A DNA stretch of 64,000 nucleotides from Squalus acanthias (Eukaryota). Position numbers and translations under genes: made by a program. Below the pieces are notes generated by a model, which did not search any database, was not told the DNA's origin, and saw nothing but the letters and a program-made list of their open reading frames with translations. Shown piece after piece: positions 1 through 12,574 of the stretch. The stretch lies in NCBI GenBank assembly GCA_030390025.1, contig CM059432.1, positions 9,920,001-9,984,000 on the forward strand. The letters are read 5' to 3'. The first letter of the stretch is position 1; the number at the start of each line of letters is the position of its first letter.

Positions 1-185
1 TAACCTGCAGTTCCTTGGCTGATATTCCCCGGGCCTGAATAAACTTGCCCCTCGTCATCGTTCAGCTCAGTGAATTCTTACCGAAAAGGAATTTACTTCC
101 AATAAATTTGTCTAAAACCTTGCGCGTCTCTCTTTGTCTCTTCTCCTGACTGGTTGGATTTGGTGTCTGATTAATTCCTTTCACA
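1..185 (+). mobile_element. Possible 3' (R/U5) end of an LTR, cut by the window start
   Basis: AATAAA at 101, then a pyrimidine/GT-rich tract ending ...TAATTCCTTTCACA, resembling the termini of the LTR at 36807-38106. Confidence 0.3.
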
Positions 186-187
186 AA

Positions 188-291
188 GAATCATCGAATC
201 ACAGAATCAGAGAATGGTGACAGCACAGGTGGTGGCCATTCGGCCCGCCGAGCCCGTGCCGGCTCTCTGCAAGAGCGCTTCAGCTAGTCTC
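188..291 (-). mobile_element. CR1 LINE 3' tail fragment
   Basis: Reverse-strand CR1 3' UTR (GGCCATTCGGCCC) with short tail repeats; matches tails at 41040-41157 and 52358-52420. Confidence 0.8.
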
Positions 292-664
292 TGACGTAAG
301 AAAACTACTAGGCACTTGGTCTAAGCGTTAAACAAAGCTTTAATCAACTGTTTTTCAACATGGAGATCTAGTTGTGTCCTTCACTAGTTCCTGTTAAAGA
401 ATGTCCCGAGCAAGCTGGGCCCATGCCCGAGTATTTATACTCTCCCTGGACAGCGCCACCAGCAGGCCGCCCAGTATTATTTCATAAGTCATTTCCACAT
501 GAATGACAAGATTCATGTCAGTCCCCATCCCCCAACTAGTTCCATTTGAAAGTCAACCATCTTCAACTAGTTGGAGAACCCTTATTTCTCAGGGGAAAGC
601 CCTTCAGCGAATAAATTCATTTCAAACGGGACTTAACTTCCCTGAAATAAATTCCTTTTCATCA
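292..664 (-). mobile_element. 373-bp solo LTR (LTR retrotransposon or ERV)
   Basis: TGA...TCA termini with an imperfect inverted repeat; exact 4-bp TSD TCTC (288-291/665-668); minus-strand TATAAA near 434-439 and ATTAAA near 349-354. Confidence 0.75.
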
Positions 665-1337
665 TCTCTTTCTCTTTCCCTCTTTCTCTGTCTCTCAAGT
701 TGCATTCTACGCCAGACTGCAGCAACAACAACAACAACTTGCATTTATATAGCGCCTTCAACGTACAGCAGTGCATCCCCAATGGCGCCTCAGTGATCAG
801 GTGATTTGACTCATCCAGCCGGCTGACATCATCTGTGAATGAGACTTCTCTGTGACCATTCACCTTTCACTATACACTTGGCAGGAGGGCTATAAAGCTA
901 CCTGATCTATATATTGCTTTTTGCTGTGAGTTTTAGATGTGTTTAGGTATTCTGTATCTTAGCAGTTTGCTCAGTTATTGTATTGCGGTTTTTCCAGTAC
1001 TGCAGTTGATTTGTCAGCTTTATGCCCTTTCCGCACTAATCAATTAGCACGCTCTATATTTTAATACAATTTCTGTACAATATCTGGAATAATAATTTAA
1101 AGTTGTGTGGTTAGTCCTGGTTGTGAAACTAGGATTCTTCAACACTGAACCTTTTTGTACCATTTTGAAAAAAAGATTTCCAATTGTAAATGACTAATAC
1201 CTCAGTTATGTGCGATTAATTCATTAAAGTGTGATTAAATAGTTTAATATAGAATGAGCTGCAGTCTTCACATGGCCAAGCTTTATCTCCCCAAAAAAGC
1301 AGGAGGTTCCTTTCCTTTTAACCCTTTTCCGTGGTAT

Positions 1338-1826
1338 TCCCATGCTGCCCTTGACCTTCTAGGTGGTAGAGGTCGCGGGTTTGGGAGGTGCTGCCGAAGG
1401 AGCCTTGGCGAGTTGCTGCAGTGCATCTTGTAGATAGTACACACTGCAGCCACGGTACGCCGGTGGTGGAGGGAGTGAATGTTTAAGGTGGTGGATGGGG
1501 TGCCAATCAAGCGGACTGCTTTGTCCTGGATGGTGTCGAGCTTCTTGAGTGTTGTTGGAGCTGCACTCATCCAGGCAAGTGGAGAGTATTGCAACACACT
1601 CTTGACTTGTGCCTTGTAGTTGGTGGAAAGGCTTTGGGGAGTCAGGAGGTGAGACACTCACCGTAGAATACCCAGCCTCTGACCTGCTTTTGTAGTCACG
1701 GTATTTATGTGGCTGGTCCAGTTAGGTTTCTGGTTAATGGTGACCCCCAGATGTTGATGGTGGGGGATTCAACGATGGCAATGCCATTGAATGTCAAGGG
1801 GCGGTGGTTAGACTCTCTCTTGTTGG
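1338..1826 (-). mobile_element. Jockey/CR1-group LINE, RT C-terminal fragment
   Basis: ORF 1283..1657 YKAQVKSVLQYSPLAWMSAAPTTLKKLDTIQDKA...; same family at 30594, 34988 and 61725. Confidence 0.85.
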
Positions 1827-1989
1827 CGCCTGACAGAATGGCCTCCAAAACATGGTCCATTGTTCCTCGCAATTAATGACAAAAATCCCTCAGATATTCA
1901 AGGCTCTATTCAGTGATGTCGGAAAAGTTGGGGTTTCAGCTGCCCATGGTGCAGGCATGGTGCTAACAGGAAGTAAGATTTTGTAGACG

Positions 1990-2362
1990 GGAGCAGGAAG
2001 AGGAAAGAGGGAGGAGGAAATGGGGAGAAAGAAGAGGGGAGTGGGAATGCAGGAGAGTGAAGGGGAGGGGAGGGGAGTGGGAATGCAGGAGAGTGAAGGA
2101 GAGAGGAGTGGGAGAGAGCAGGGTAGAAGGAAGAATCAGAGGCAGGAGGGGAGCGGAGAGGGAGGGTTAGGGGGACAAGTGGTAAGGGGAGAAGGAAGAA
2201 GAGAGACTAGGGAAAGAGAGGAGGGGACAGGTCAAGAGAAGAGAGGAAGGGCAAAGAGGAAAGGGGAAGAATGAGGGTGAAATGCAGATGGTGGTGGAGG
2301 AGCCCGAGGGAAGAGATGGGGTGGGGGATGAGGAAGGGGAAATGGCGGGGTTGAGAGGAAGG
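1990..2362. repeat. Purine-rich (GA) low-complexity tract
   Basis: Almost pure A/G; includes a duplicated GGGGAGTGGGAATGCAGGAGAGTGAAGG. Confidence 0.85.
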
Positions 2363-3435
2363 CTCCCCCTCCAGCCTCCTCTCCCAGTCCTGATGTCCCT
2401 CCACTGCCGGTAGTCTCGGTTAAAAAATAACAAAGTCCTCCACTATTGGCAACTTCACAAACTGACGCAAGTCTCCAGGAAGAGCTACCTCTCAGGAATA
2501 TGGCAGGGTGTGTTTGTGGGGGGGGTGCGGGGTGGTGCAGGAGGGAGACAGCATGGCAGCCAGCACTGGCCAGTTGAGGGGTTATATCAGCCATGGTGGA
2601 GGAATCCGAGCGGGGCTCACAGTTAACAACGCAAGTTATGAAATCGTTACACTGCTGGAGCCGACAAAGACAGTGCTGCACAATCATATATTCATATTAT
2701 TATTCATATTATTTTATAGAAAAATGTGCTGATAGTGTGAGATGAAGTAGGGAGGGGGGAGGCTCATGTGGAGCATAAACACCGGCATGGTGGGCCGAAT
2801 GGTCTCTTTCTGTGCTGTAAAGTTTATTCAATTCTATGTAATACCAGTCAGAGCCGGTGGGACACTGTCATCTTTTACATATTGGTTGCAATGGTAAATA
2901 CGTTGATGAGCCAGGCTAGTCCCCAGGAGTGGGCGACGGGCAGCCAGGAAACCTTTTTATTTTGAAGTTTTGGAGGGGGAGTGAGGAGGCTGAAAAGCAC
3001 CAAGAGCCACAAAAAATTAAAAGTAAATTGTTAATAAAAAAACACTGCACAAGTTGATAAAAATGTGAGAGTGAAACGCACTTAATAGCGGGCGGACTCT
3101 GATAGTGTTCAGACTGTGCACTCAGCCAAAAGAGGCTGGATTATGTACTTGGAACACGACGGCTTTACACGGCCAAACCCCTGATAAACGTGCACGGAGC
3201 AATTTATAATGGGGAAAAAATTGGCACCAAAAGTGCGACTAAAATGTGAGAACTGGACGTTATAACGGCTGTGCATTTCTGATAAGGAAGAGATCAATTA
3301 TTGCACTGTTAAAATTATTCACTTGTTCATTGTTTCATCCACTTCTTTGATATTTTAAACTTGATGATGTCATCTGTTGTGAGGCTCTGCTGATTTCGAA
3401 GACTGGGATTGGGATTTTATGCGAGTATATGATAG

Positions 3436-3905
3436 TCTCAGCACCTCGGTTAGTAGCACTCTCGCCTCGGAGTCAGAGGATTTGTGGGTTCAAGTCCCAC
3501 TCCAGCACAAAAAATCCAGGTTTGACACTCCAGTGCAGTGCTGAGGGAGCGCTGCACTGTCTGAGGTGCCATCTTTCAGATGCGATGTTAAACTGAGGTC
3601 CCCGTCTGCTCTCTCAGGTGGACGTAAAAGATCCCAGGGCCACTATTTTGAAGAAGAGCAGGGGAGTTCTCCCCGGTGTCCTGGGCTAATATTTATCCCT
3701 CAATCAACATCACTAAAAAACAGATTATCTGGTCATTATCACATTGCTATTTGTGGGAGCTTGTTGTGTGCAAATTAGCTACCGCGTTTCCTACATTACA
3801 ACAGTGACCACACTTCAAAAAGTACTTCATTGGCTGTAAAGCGCTTTGGGGCGTCCTGAGTTTGTGAAAGGCGCTATAGAAATGTAAGTCTTTCTTTATT
3901 TCTTT
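3436..3905 (+). mobile_element. tRNA-derived SINE (SacSINE1/DeuSINE-like)
   Basis: tRNA-like head (GGTTCAAGTCCC B-box), conserved central domain, tail AAAGGCGCTATA..AAGTCTTTC resembling the L2 3' end. Confidence 0.85.
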
Positions 3906-4056
3906 ATAAGCAATTACCAAACAGGTTTTTCTCTTTATTTATCCAGGCATGTTACTGAAATCTTACTTAGATCTCAGGGTAAAGATAGAGGGGTAGAATT
4001 TCGGTGGAGTTCTTCACTTCCAATCTCCCACTTTAACTTTGGAGGAAGATCAGCAG

Positions 4057-4479
4057 ACAACAACAACTTGTATTTATACAGCACCTTTAACATAGTGAAA
4101 TGTCCCAGGGCGCTTCACAGGAGCGTTATCGAAAACATTTTGACACCCAGCTCCATAAGGAGATATTAGGGCAGATGACCAAAAGCTTGGTCAAAGAGGT
4201 AAGTTTTAAGGAGTGTCTTAAAGGAGGAGAGAGGTGGAGAAGCAGAGAGTTTTAGGGAGGAATTCCAGAGCTTAGGGCCTAGGCAGCTGAAAGCACGGCT
4301 GCCAATGGTGGAGCGATTAAAATCAGGGATGCGCAAGAGGCCAGAATTGGAGGAGTGCAGAGATCTCGCTGGGTTGCAGGGCTGGAGGAGATTACAGAGA
4401 TAGGGAGCAGCGAGGCCATGGAAGGATTTGAAAACAAGGATGAGAGTTTTAAAATCGAGCGTTGCCGGACTGGGAGCCA
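4057..4479 (-). mobile_element. L2 LINE 3' end
   Basis: ORF 4166..4480 FKTLILVFKSFHGLAAPYL...RAFSCLGPKLWNS; (TTG)n tail. Confidence 0.85.
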
Positions 4480-4869
4480 CCCTGGAGAAATGGCAGAAAC
4501 GGCTGCTTACTCCATTTCTCCAGGGTTTCTGCCAAATAACTAAGCCAAAGTTACAGTGGGATAACTAAGCCTAAAGGTTTAGGAGTTGAGGCTCACCCAT
4601 GAGAGTGATGTCAGAAACGAGAGCTGAAATAATCTAGGATAAGCAGGCCAGAAAGACCCAAAATCATAACATACCTCTGTGTATTGCACGGTTACGTAGC
4701 ATGCAGCAGACAGGGATTACTTTAAACACCTTGCTGTGCTACAGAGGAAGATCCCATGTGAGTAGTGATAACGCTGCTTCCTTGCTTTAGTAGCTCAGTG
4801 ATTTACTCTACAGAAATTCTGATTGATGGTATGTGCCTCATTGTATTTACGTTCTGCTGTTATTTAGGA

Positions 4870-5432
4870 GTTAGGAACATAGGAACAGGAGCAGGCCATT
4901 CAGCCCCTCGAGCCTGGTCCGCCATTCAATTAGATCATGGCTGATCTGTATCTTAACTCCATCTACCTGCTTTGGTTCTGTATCCCTTAATACCCTTGCC
5001 AAACAAAATCTATCAAGCTCAATTTTGACATTTTCAATTGACCCCCCATCCTCAAAAGCTTTTTGAGGGAAAGAGTTCCAGATTTCCACCATCCTTTGTG
5101 TGAAGAAATGCTCCCTGAATGGCCTAGCTCTAATTTTAAGGTTATGCCCCCTTGTTCTGGATTCCCCACCAGAGGAAATAGTTTCTCTCTCTCTACCCTA
5201 TCAACTCCTTCAATCATCTTAAACACCTCAATTAGATCACCCCTTAATCTTCTCTACTCAAGGGAATACAAGCCTAGTCTATGCAACCTGTCCTCATAAC
5301 TGAACCCTTTTAGCCCCGGTATCATTCTGATGACCCTCCAAGGCCAATATATCCTTCTGGAGGTGCTGTGTCCAAAACTGAAAGCAGTACTCTAAATGGG
5401 GTCTATCCAGAGCTTCACATAACTAACATAAT
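4870..5432 (-). mobile_element. CR1 LINE 3' fragment
   Basis: FKMIEGVDRVEREKLFPLV and CR1 3' UTR. Confidence 0.85.
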
Positions 5433-5439
5433 TTCTCAG

Positions 5440-5659
5440 AGAAAGAAAGAAAAGACTTGCATTTATATAGCATCTTTCATGACCTCAGGCCACCGCAAAG
5501 TGCCTTACAGCCAATAAAGTGTAGTCACTGTTGTAATGCAGGAATCACGGCAGCCAATTAGTGCACAGCAAGGTCCCACAAACAGCAACGTGATAACGAC
5601 CAGATGATCTATTTATTTAGCGATTGTTAGTTAAGGGATAAATATTGGCCAGGACACCG
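5440..5659 (-). mobile_element. Partial SacSINE1-like SINE (3' half)
   Basis: Tail and central domain matching the other copies. Confidence 0.8.
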
Positions 5660-6451
5660 CTCATTTAAGGTAAGCAAACAGGGAGTGAAGTTGGATGTTC
5701 GGAAGCTTTAGTTTTGCCAACGGGTGATCAACCTATGGAACAGAACTCCAGATGTGCAAGTTAAGATTGACTCTTTGCAGTCTTTCAAGAAATCATCAGT
5801 TGTATTTTTGAAGAACAATGCAATTAGGGCAGAGTTAAGGTGCCTATTCCATGAAATAAGTAATGGGTTTGGGACCTCCTGAGGCCTGGCTATGAAGAGT
5901 GGAAGAGGAATTTTTGATGAAGGATTCCTGAACTGGCTACAGGCCACTAGCCTTTCCTAGTAGGTGTGGGGGGGTATGTATATGGGGATGGGTCCAGCGA
6001 GAAATGGGGCAAGTGCAAGTAGGCCTGATGGCCTTTTTCAGCCTGGTTACGTAACACATAGAATCATAGAATCTTACAGTACAGAAGAGGCCATTCCGCC
6101 CATCGTGCCTGCGCTGGCTCTTTGAAAGAGCTATCCAATTAGTCCCACTCCCCTGCTCTTTCCCCGTAGCCCTGCAATTTTCTCCCCATATGGCCAGGAC
6201 TCCCCTCTTCAGAGTGGAATTCTAGTGGGCAGGACTTCTAGCCTACCATCTGAATCCACCCCAACACCCAACACATTGCCATGGGTCAGAGTTCATTCTG
6301 TATGCATGGCAGGCTCCCAGTGGCTACCACCTGTTTAACACCCCCTCCCACCCACCCACCCACCCACCCACCCTTCACGCCCTATGTGGTTGATTCTTAA
6401 GGCGCTCTGAAGTGGCAGCAAAGCCTCTCGGCTGTAAATACAATCACTACA

Positions 6452-6925
6452 AAGAAAAAGAAAGAAAGTACTTTCATTTATATAGCACCTTTCACGACCT
6501 TAGGACATCCCAAAGCGCTTTACAGCCAATGAAGTACTTTTGAAGTGTAGTCACTGTTGTAATGTGGGAAACACGGCAGCCAATTTACGCACAGCAAGCT
6601 CCCACAAACAGCAATGTGATAATGACCAGATAATCTTTTTTCTGATGTTGATTGAGGGATAAATATTGGCCAGGACACCAGGGATAACACCCCTGCTCTT
6701 CTTCGAAATAGTGCCATGAGATCTTTTACATCCACCTGAGAGAGCAGACGGGGCCTCGGTTTAACGTCTCATCCGAAAGACGGCACCTCCGACAGTGCAG
6801 CACTCCCTCAGCACTGCCCTGGGAGCGTCAGCCTAGATTTCTGTGCTCGAGTCTCTGGAGTGGGACTTGAACCTTCTGACTCAGAGGCGAGAGAGAGTGC
6901 TACCCACTGAGCCACGGCTGACACC
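6452..6925 (-). mobile_element. Full-length SacSINE1-like SINE
   Basis: Head GTCAGCCGTGGCTCAGTGGGTAGCA on the minus strand through to the CTTT tail. Confidence 0.9.
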
Positions 6926-7849
6926 GAAGGCCTACAACAAGCTTCTTGGGAGAACTGGGGATGGGGATGGGATATGACCTTGCCAGTGTTGCTCTCAACC
7001 CAAGGGGGAAAAAAACACAATCTAAATCCACACAGCCAAGGTTGTAATTTTGACTTGCAGAGCATGTCCAAAATCTCTTCAGATCTGCAAACTGAGGCAA
7101 TGTAATCATCCAGAAAAGGTAGAGATAGGCTCATGATCTAGTAAATCAAGCGGGAATAAACAATGGCCTAGGACTACATGGTAATTACCTCACCTTTAGA
7201 AAATCAATGTAGAGTCCCTGCAATAATAACAGGTTACCAGTCATCCTTTCACACTATCGCAATTAGACTGACCGCATTTTCCTTTTCAACTCTTTGAGGT
7301 GTGTTTTACCATTAGTATTCGATTTAATAATGATGGAGATGCCATTGAACTTTCACAGAAAAGTGCAGGAATAGCCTACTTTCAACATTTCAGCCGCTAT
7401 ATATTTTACGCTTCAAATCTGCTAGACAAATCCAGTATCCATGGTATTAATCTTTGCATTGACACATCCATGGGTCAAAACATAGCGAAATTGCTTAATT
7501 ATTCAGTGGTCTATTATTGTTTCGGAATATTCTCTCCTGCTGACAACCATCAAAATGGGTTTCTTCACTTCAGTGGGCGGATTCAGCTAATGGATCGCAG
7601 TTTCTAAAATAAAGTCGCATTGAATGTCAATTTGTCGCTAACTGCTGTATTTTAATACCCCAAATACACATGTGTCTGTGAATCCAGATTAGACTGCATG
7701 CCATGTGAATTTGTAAGGGATAATCTTCTTGCTTTGCCCTTCCTACAAGGAACCTGGCCTGCCTAAAGTGCCAATGAGAAATCTGGGGACATTTGTCTGC
7801 CCATTTAAAAGAAATTGTGGTCAAGCAAGAAGAAGGATCAGAAGGCATT

Positions 7850-8606
7850 GGGGCCGAACCTTGCTGAAAAAATACTGGCGTGCTAACGACGCACGCCCTT
7901 ATTAACCCGCAAATCGGCCAGCAAGGTCAGGGGAACGAAGAGATACGCCGTGAGTCACCAATCTCCAGAACTTGCTGCTCAATTTACGCCGCTTCGCACA
8001 AACGGCATCTCGCCCTCAGCCTCCCCGTTATTTTTAAGAACTTGCTGGATTTGCACATTAATTGCCCGTTAAACTCACCGCAGAAAGTTAGGGCTGGAAC
8101 TTAACAGCATAACTGCACGATAATTGTTAATGCAATGCCAATCCACCTCTCTGGCCCAGAAAGGGGACAATTTAAACTGTTGAGTCTCCTTCCTGCATGC
8201 AGTAAGTTGTCGTTAGAGATGTTAAAAATGTTAAATTTTAAAGTTTAATCTGTTTTTGTTACATTTCCTTACTGTCTAATTTTTCTCTCTCTCTTAAACC
8301 AATCTTCCTTTCCCTCTCTTTATTTCTCTTTCTGTACCTGGTTTGACTCTAATTCACCCGATTTCCTTCTCCGTCGTTCCTCTGTTTCTTTCTCGATCCT
8401 TAAATCTCGTTGGTTGAGGAGATAGACTGTTGGTCCTGTCGTTCACCCAGGTCCCAGATGCCCCGGTGCCCCCCGCCCTCGCCGTTATCAGCTCGCACTT
8501 CCAGCAAGTTACGGCGCAAAAAAGATCCGAGCTGAAGGGTGCAGGGAAAAAAATCCAACTAACGGCGTAGGCCGCGCGATGGCCCCGCTCCAGCTAAATC
8601 TGGCCC
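7850..8606. mobile_element. Non-autonomous PIF/Harbinger-like element
   Basis: TIRs GGGCCGAACCTTGCTG / CAGCTAAATCTGGCCC; 3-bp flanks ATT/AAT; CpG-rich ends and AT-rich centre. Confidence 0.65.
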
Positions 8607-8634
8607 AATTATATTTGCTTACGAGAGTTACCAC

Positions 8635-8805
8635 CAACGTTCCCGCTAAGCCGTGCCGCCGTGCGGCTGTACAGCGGTCTGGAGGTCTCGCGCAGGCCGC
8701 TCACCGGCTTTTCAATGTAAATAAACGCGCAGCGCTGAAAAATTGAATGGGCCGCGCAGCCAGTTAAAGGGCCGGTCACCAAAAAAATAATTGCATGAAA
8801 CATTG
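8635..8805. mobile_element. Small hAT-like MITE
   Basis: TIRs CAACGTTCC / GAAACATTG; 8-bp flanks GTTACCAC/GTTACCTG (6/8 match). Confidence 0.6.
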
Positions 8806-9152
8806 GTTACCTGCTTGCCTCACTTGGACAGCCGAACTTTTAAGTGGACTGAAATTTAAACAGGTCACCCTCAAAATCTTAGCTTTTACAATAGTTGTAG
8901 GTATTTTCTACTTCATTCTGAGTCTTAAGATGCATGGGTTTTAGTTACTAAGGTATTCAATGAGTTTTCATTGGCAATGTTTTGTTCAGTACAAGACAGT
9001 TACTCCATCTAGACTACCCAACAAACTACTCATCAGGTTCCTCACTGTGACTGTGAAACTAATAGCCCTGTATTCCCTTTACTACCATGAATTAATTCAG
9101 CCCTTGTTTAAAAACCTGCCATAGTTTTTCTGCTCCGTCACGTTTTATTCTC

Positions 9153-9530
9153 TCATTGAAACGTATAAAATTCTTCGAGGGCTTGACAGGGCAGATGCTG
9201 AGAGGCTGTTTTTCCCCTGGTTGGGGAGTCTAGAACTAGGGGTCAGGATAAGGGGTCGGCCATTTAGGACTGAGATGAGGAGGAATTTCTTCACTCAGAG
9301 GGTGGTGAATCTTTGGAATTCTCTGCCCCAGAGGGCTGTGGAGGCTCAGTCGTTGAGCATATTCAAGACAGAGATCGGTAGATTTTGTACTCTAGGGATA
9401 TGGGGATGGGGCGGGAAAGTGGAGTTGAGCGCGAAGATCAGCCATGATCTTATTGAATGGCGGAGCAGGCTCGAGGGGCCGAATGGCTGACTCCTGCTCC
9501 TTTTTCTTATTTTCTTATGTTCTTATGTTA
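9153..9530 (+). mobile_element. CR1 LINE 3' end
   Basis: RIRGRPFRTEMRRNFFTQRVVNLWNSLP; (TTCTTATG)n tail. Confidence 0.9.
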
Positions 9531-9875
9531 TCACCCTACAATTCTATCACCATCATATGAAAAAATGTTGCCTACATTTTCTATATTCCTTCGACATCCT
9601 TAAATGTTCTGTTGTCCTTGAACCCCTCTGCCCGAAAGAAGAACTTTCTTGCATTCAAATTCTCTATACCAATGAAAATTTGAAAGTGCTCTATTAAACC
9701 CCCGCTCCCCCCCACCGCACCCCCCCCCCACCACCTCCTCCTCCCAATAAAGTCTTTCCTCATAAGTCTGTCCTCTAAATTTCGGACTTGGGGGTGGGGG
9801 GTCCTTCTCTGGACTCCCTCCATTAACGGCATCTTTCCTGTGAAATGGAAACCAAAATGAACACAGATTCATTCA

Positions 9876-10830
9876 TCTGATGAAGGGTCATCGACCTGAA
9901 ACGGTGGGGGCGATTTTCCCAGCTCTGGGGAGGCGGGTATGGAGGCGGGACTGCCGGGAAAATGGCAGAATCTGGGAGCGGGTACCCATCCCGCCCCCAA
10001 CCCGCCTCCATGCCATCTTCCCAGGAGGCGGGTCCCCGACCCGCGCCGGGTCCCGTCTCCTTGAGGCAGGAAGGGGATTAGTGCCAATTAACTGCCTGTT
10101 AACAGCTAGTTAACAGGCAGTTTTTTTGGCTAATCCCTATTTTGCGCCCTAAAGTGTGGGCTTCCCGACGGCTCCGAACCTCGCCAGGGTCAGTGAGGCG
10201 AGCCGTGGGTCTGTGGGGGTCGGAGGGGCCGAAATGTCCGGTGTGCAGGTGAGTGATGAGTGCAAGTGTGGAGAGGTAAGTGTGTGAGGCGACTCTAAAG
10301 TGTTTTAATAAGATTACTTACCTTTGCTTCTTCCTCCAGGCTTCATCCCTTTAGGCTACGGAGCTGCCTCATCTCACCGGCAGAGAAAGCAGAATGGCCG
10401 CTGCATTCTCAGATGCAGCAGCCTGTCTGCTTTATGCTCAGGAAAGCTTTCTAAGTGAGCCTGTGTCCTAGCTTTCAACTTAGAAGACAGATTGTCAGTG
10501 TTTGACGGCTTCACAGAACTGTCAAACGATGACAATTCATCTGTCAAAAAATCTTGACAGATGAAACGTTATACGCTGACGTCATCTGTCTCCGGCTTTC
10601 CCTTAATTGGTCGGCTAAGTCCGCTGGGCGGGCTTAACAAGGTTAATCAAGGGAAAATAGCGTGGGTTGGCCAGACGTCGATGGAGGCGGGACTGAAACC
10701 CAACAACCAGCTTTCCCGCCTCCATCACGTCCCCATTGATAAAATCACCTCCGTTAACTCTGTTTCTCTCTCTACAGATGCTGCCTGACCTGCTGAGCAT
10801 TTCCAGCATTTTCTGTTTTTATTACAGATT
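9876..10830 (+). mobile_element. Penelope-like 3' fragment with hammerhead core, split by a Harbinger-like insertion
   Basis: CTGATGA-AGGGTC-ATC-GACCT-GAAAC (9877-9902) resumes as GTTAACTCTGTTTCTCTC at 10753. Confidence 0.75.
9906..10752. mobile_element. Non-autonomous PIF/Harbinger-like element (847 bp)
   Basis: TIRs GGGGGCGATTTT / AAAATCACCTCC; 3-bp TSD GGT/GTT; same family as 18672-19528. Confidence 0.8.
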
Positions 10831-11147
10831 CATTAAGGTCAGATACAACTTCAATTTAACCTCTTTCAACCTATAAGTTACACCAGTAACTATACATCCA
10901 AATCGTTTTGCATTTGCTTTCTGCCTCACCTGTGAACACTGAACTGGCAGTTTTAACAAGCTATCTGCCGAAACCCCCGGAATTTGAGCAGGAGTTGTCC
11001 CGATCTTCTGCTGTAATTTCAGTGGGAGATCAGTGGAACTCCCAGCGAAACATTTCCGTATTGAATTCCATCTGCCTCCTTTCTTCCCATTTAGCTTATT
11101 CAGGTCCATTGGCATCTTGGTAGATTGGTCAGCATTGTAACCGTACC

Positions 11148-11577
11148 CACCTCAGGTCGTCTCAAAGCGCTTTACAGTCAATTAAAAACTTTTGAAGTGC
11201 AGTCACTGTTGTAATGTAGGAAACGCGGCAGCCAATTTGCGCACAGCAAGCTCCCACAAACAGCAATTTGACAATGACCAGATAATTTGTTTCAGTGATG
11301 TTAGTTGAGGGATAAATATTGGGCCAGGACACCGGGAAGAACTCCCCTGCTTTTCTTCGAAAAGTGCCATGGGATCTTTTACATCCACCCGAGAGAGCAG
11401 ACGGGGCCTCGGTTTAACGTCACATCCAAATATGGCACCACCACCAGTGCAGCGCTCCTTCAGTACTGCACTGGGTTTGTGTCAGCCTGGTTTTTGTGCT
11501 CAAGTCTGTGGAGTGGGACTTGAATCCACAACCTTCTGACTCAGGTACGAGAGTGCTGCCCACTGAGCCACGGCTGA
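11148..11577 (-). mobile_element. SacSINE1-like SINE
   Basis: Head and central domain match the other copies. Confidence 0.85.
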
Positions 11578-11752
11578 TGCTGTTAATTGGTCTACTATGA
11601 GACCAACTCCTGCGGTTCCATCCTTTGTTCACATCCAGGGCTGAAAATCTGATGACTAACAGTAGTTCCACAGGTGCACTCGCTTTCTGTATACCCTTTT
11701 TGACATGCTCCAGTGGCCACCACCCATGTCCTGAGGACATGTCAGGCACTAT

Positions 11753-12489
11753 GGGGGAGAAATTGGCCTCCTTTGCACCTCCGGCTAGTGCCTCCGGGGG
11801 GCGATAACGGGGCGCTAAGAGCTTAGCGACCGGGCGCGGCGAAATTACCGACGCCCGCAAACTTCCATGGCGGGTTAGCGCTGGCGCTAAAACTTACCGC
11901 CTCGATCTCCTGCGCCCCGGAGATCGTGACGTCATCCGGTGCGCGGCGCCCCGTTATCGCCCCGGATATAAAATCCGCATCCGCCCCCTGCAGCTTCACC
12001 GGGCGTCAACAACGGCAGCTGCAGGAGGCGTTGTCAGCTCGGCTGGCCGCTCGGGGAGCGCTAATTAAAGGCAGTGGTGGTCAGTTAGGCCAAAATTTAA
12101 TAATGTCCAGAGTGTGCTGTAATTTGATTTTTTTTCCAGCCCACGATTGATCAGCCCTGCACTCTCTTAGAGTGCTTGGGGCTGCTGTGCGCGTATCACA
12201 GGTGCCATCGACGACCATTCCCAGCCTCAGCCTTCAATGATCACAGCATTGGCCCTTCCCTTTAAGGGAGGGAAGGAGCCTGTAAAACCGGCAGTGCTGC
12301 ACGGGACATTGTGCAGTGCTCTGCTGCTACCGCCCCCCACCCCCCCCATCTCTCGCTCTATTGATTTAGCGCTCCACTTCCCTCTAAACCGGAAGTTCCT
12401 GCTGGAATCAATTGTCTAGCGCCCAGCAATACTTTTGCGCTCCATCAAAAGTTATCACCCCAAACGGGACACTACGCAATTTCTAGCCC
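11753..12489. mobile_element. Harbinger-like MITE, GC-rich family
   Basis: TIRs GGGGGAGAAATT / AATTTCTAGCCC; TAT/TAA flanks; repeated GGCGCTAA/TTAGCGCC subterminal motifs. Confidence 0.75.
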
Positions 12490-12574
12490 TAAATAAATGC
12501 AAAAATATAAGCAGAAAATGCTGGAAACACTCAGCAGGTCAGGCAGCATCTGTGGAGAGAGAAACAGAGTTAAC

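Noticed and set aside
2020..2687. Gly/Glu/Arg- and Pro-rich ORFs
   Set aside because: Translations of the purine-rich low-complexity tract
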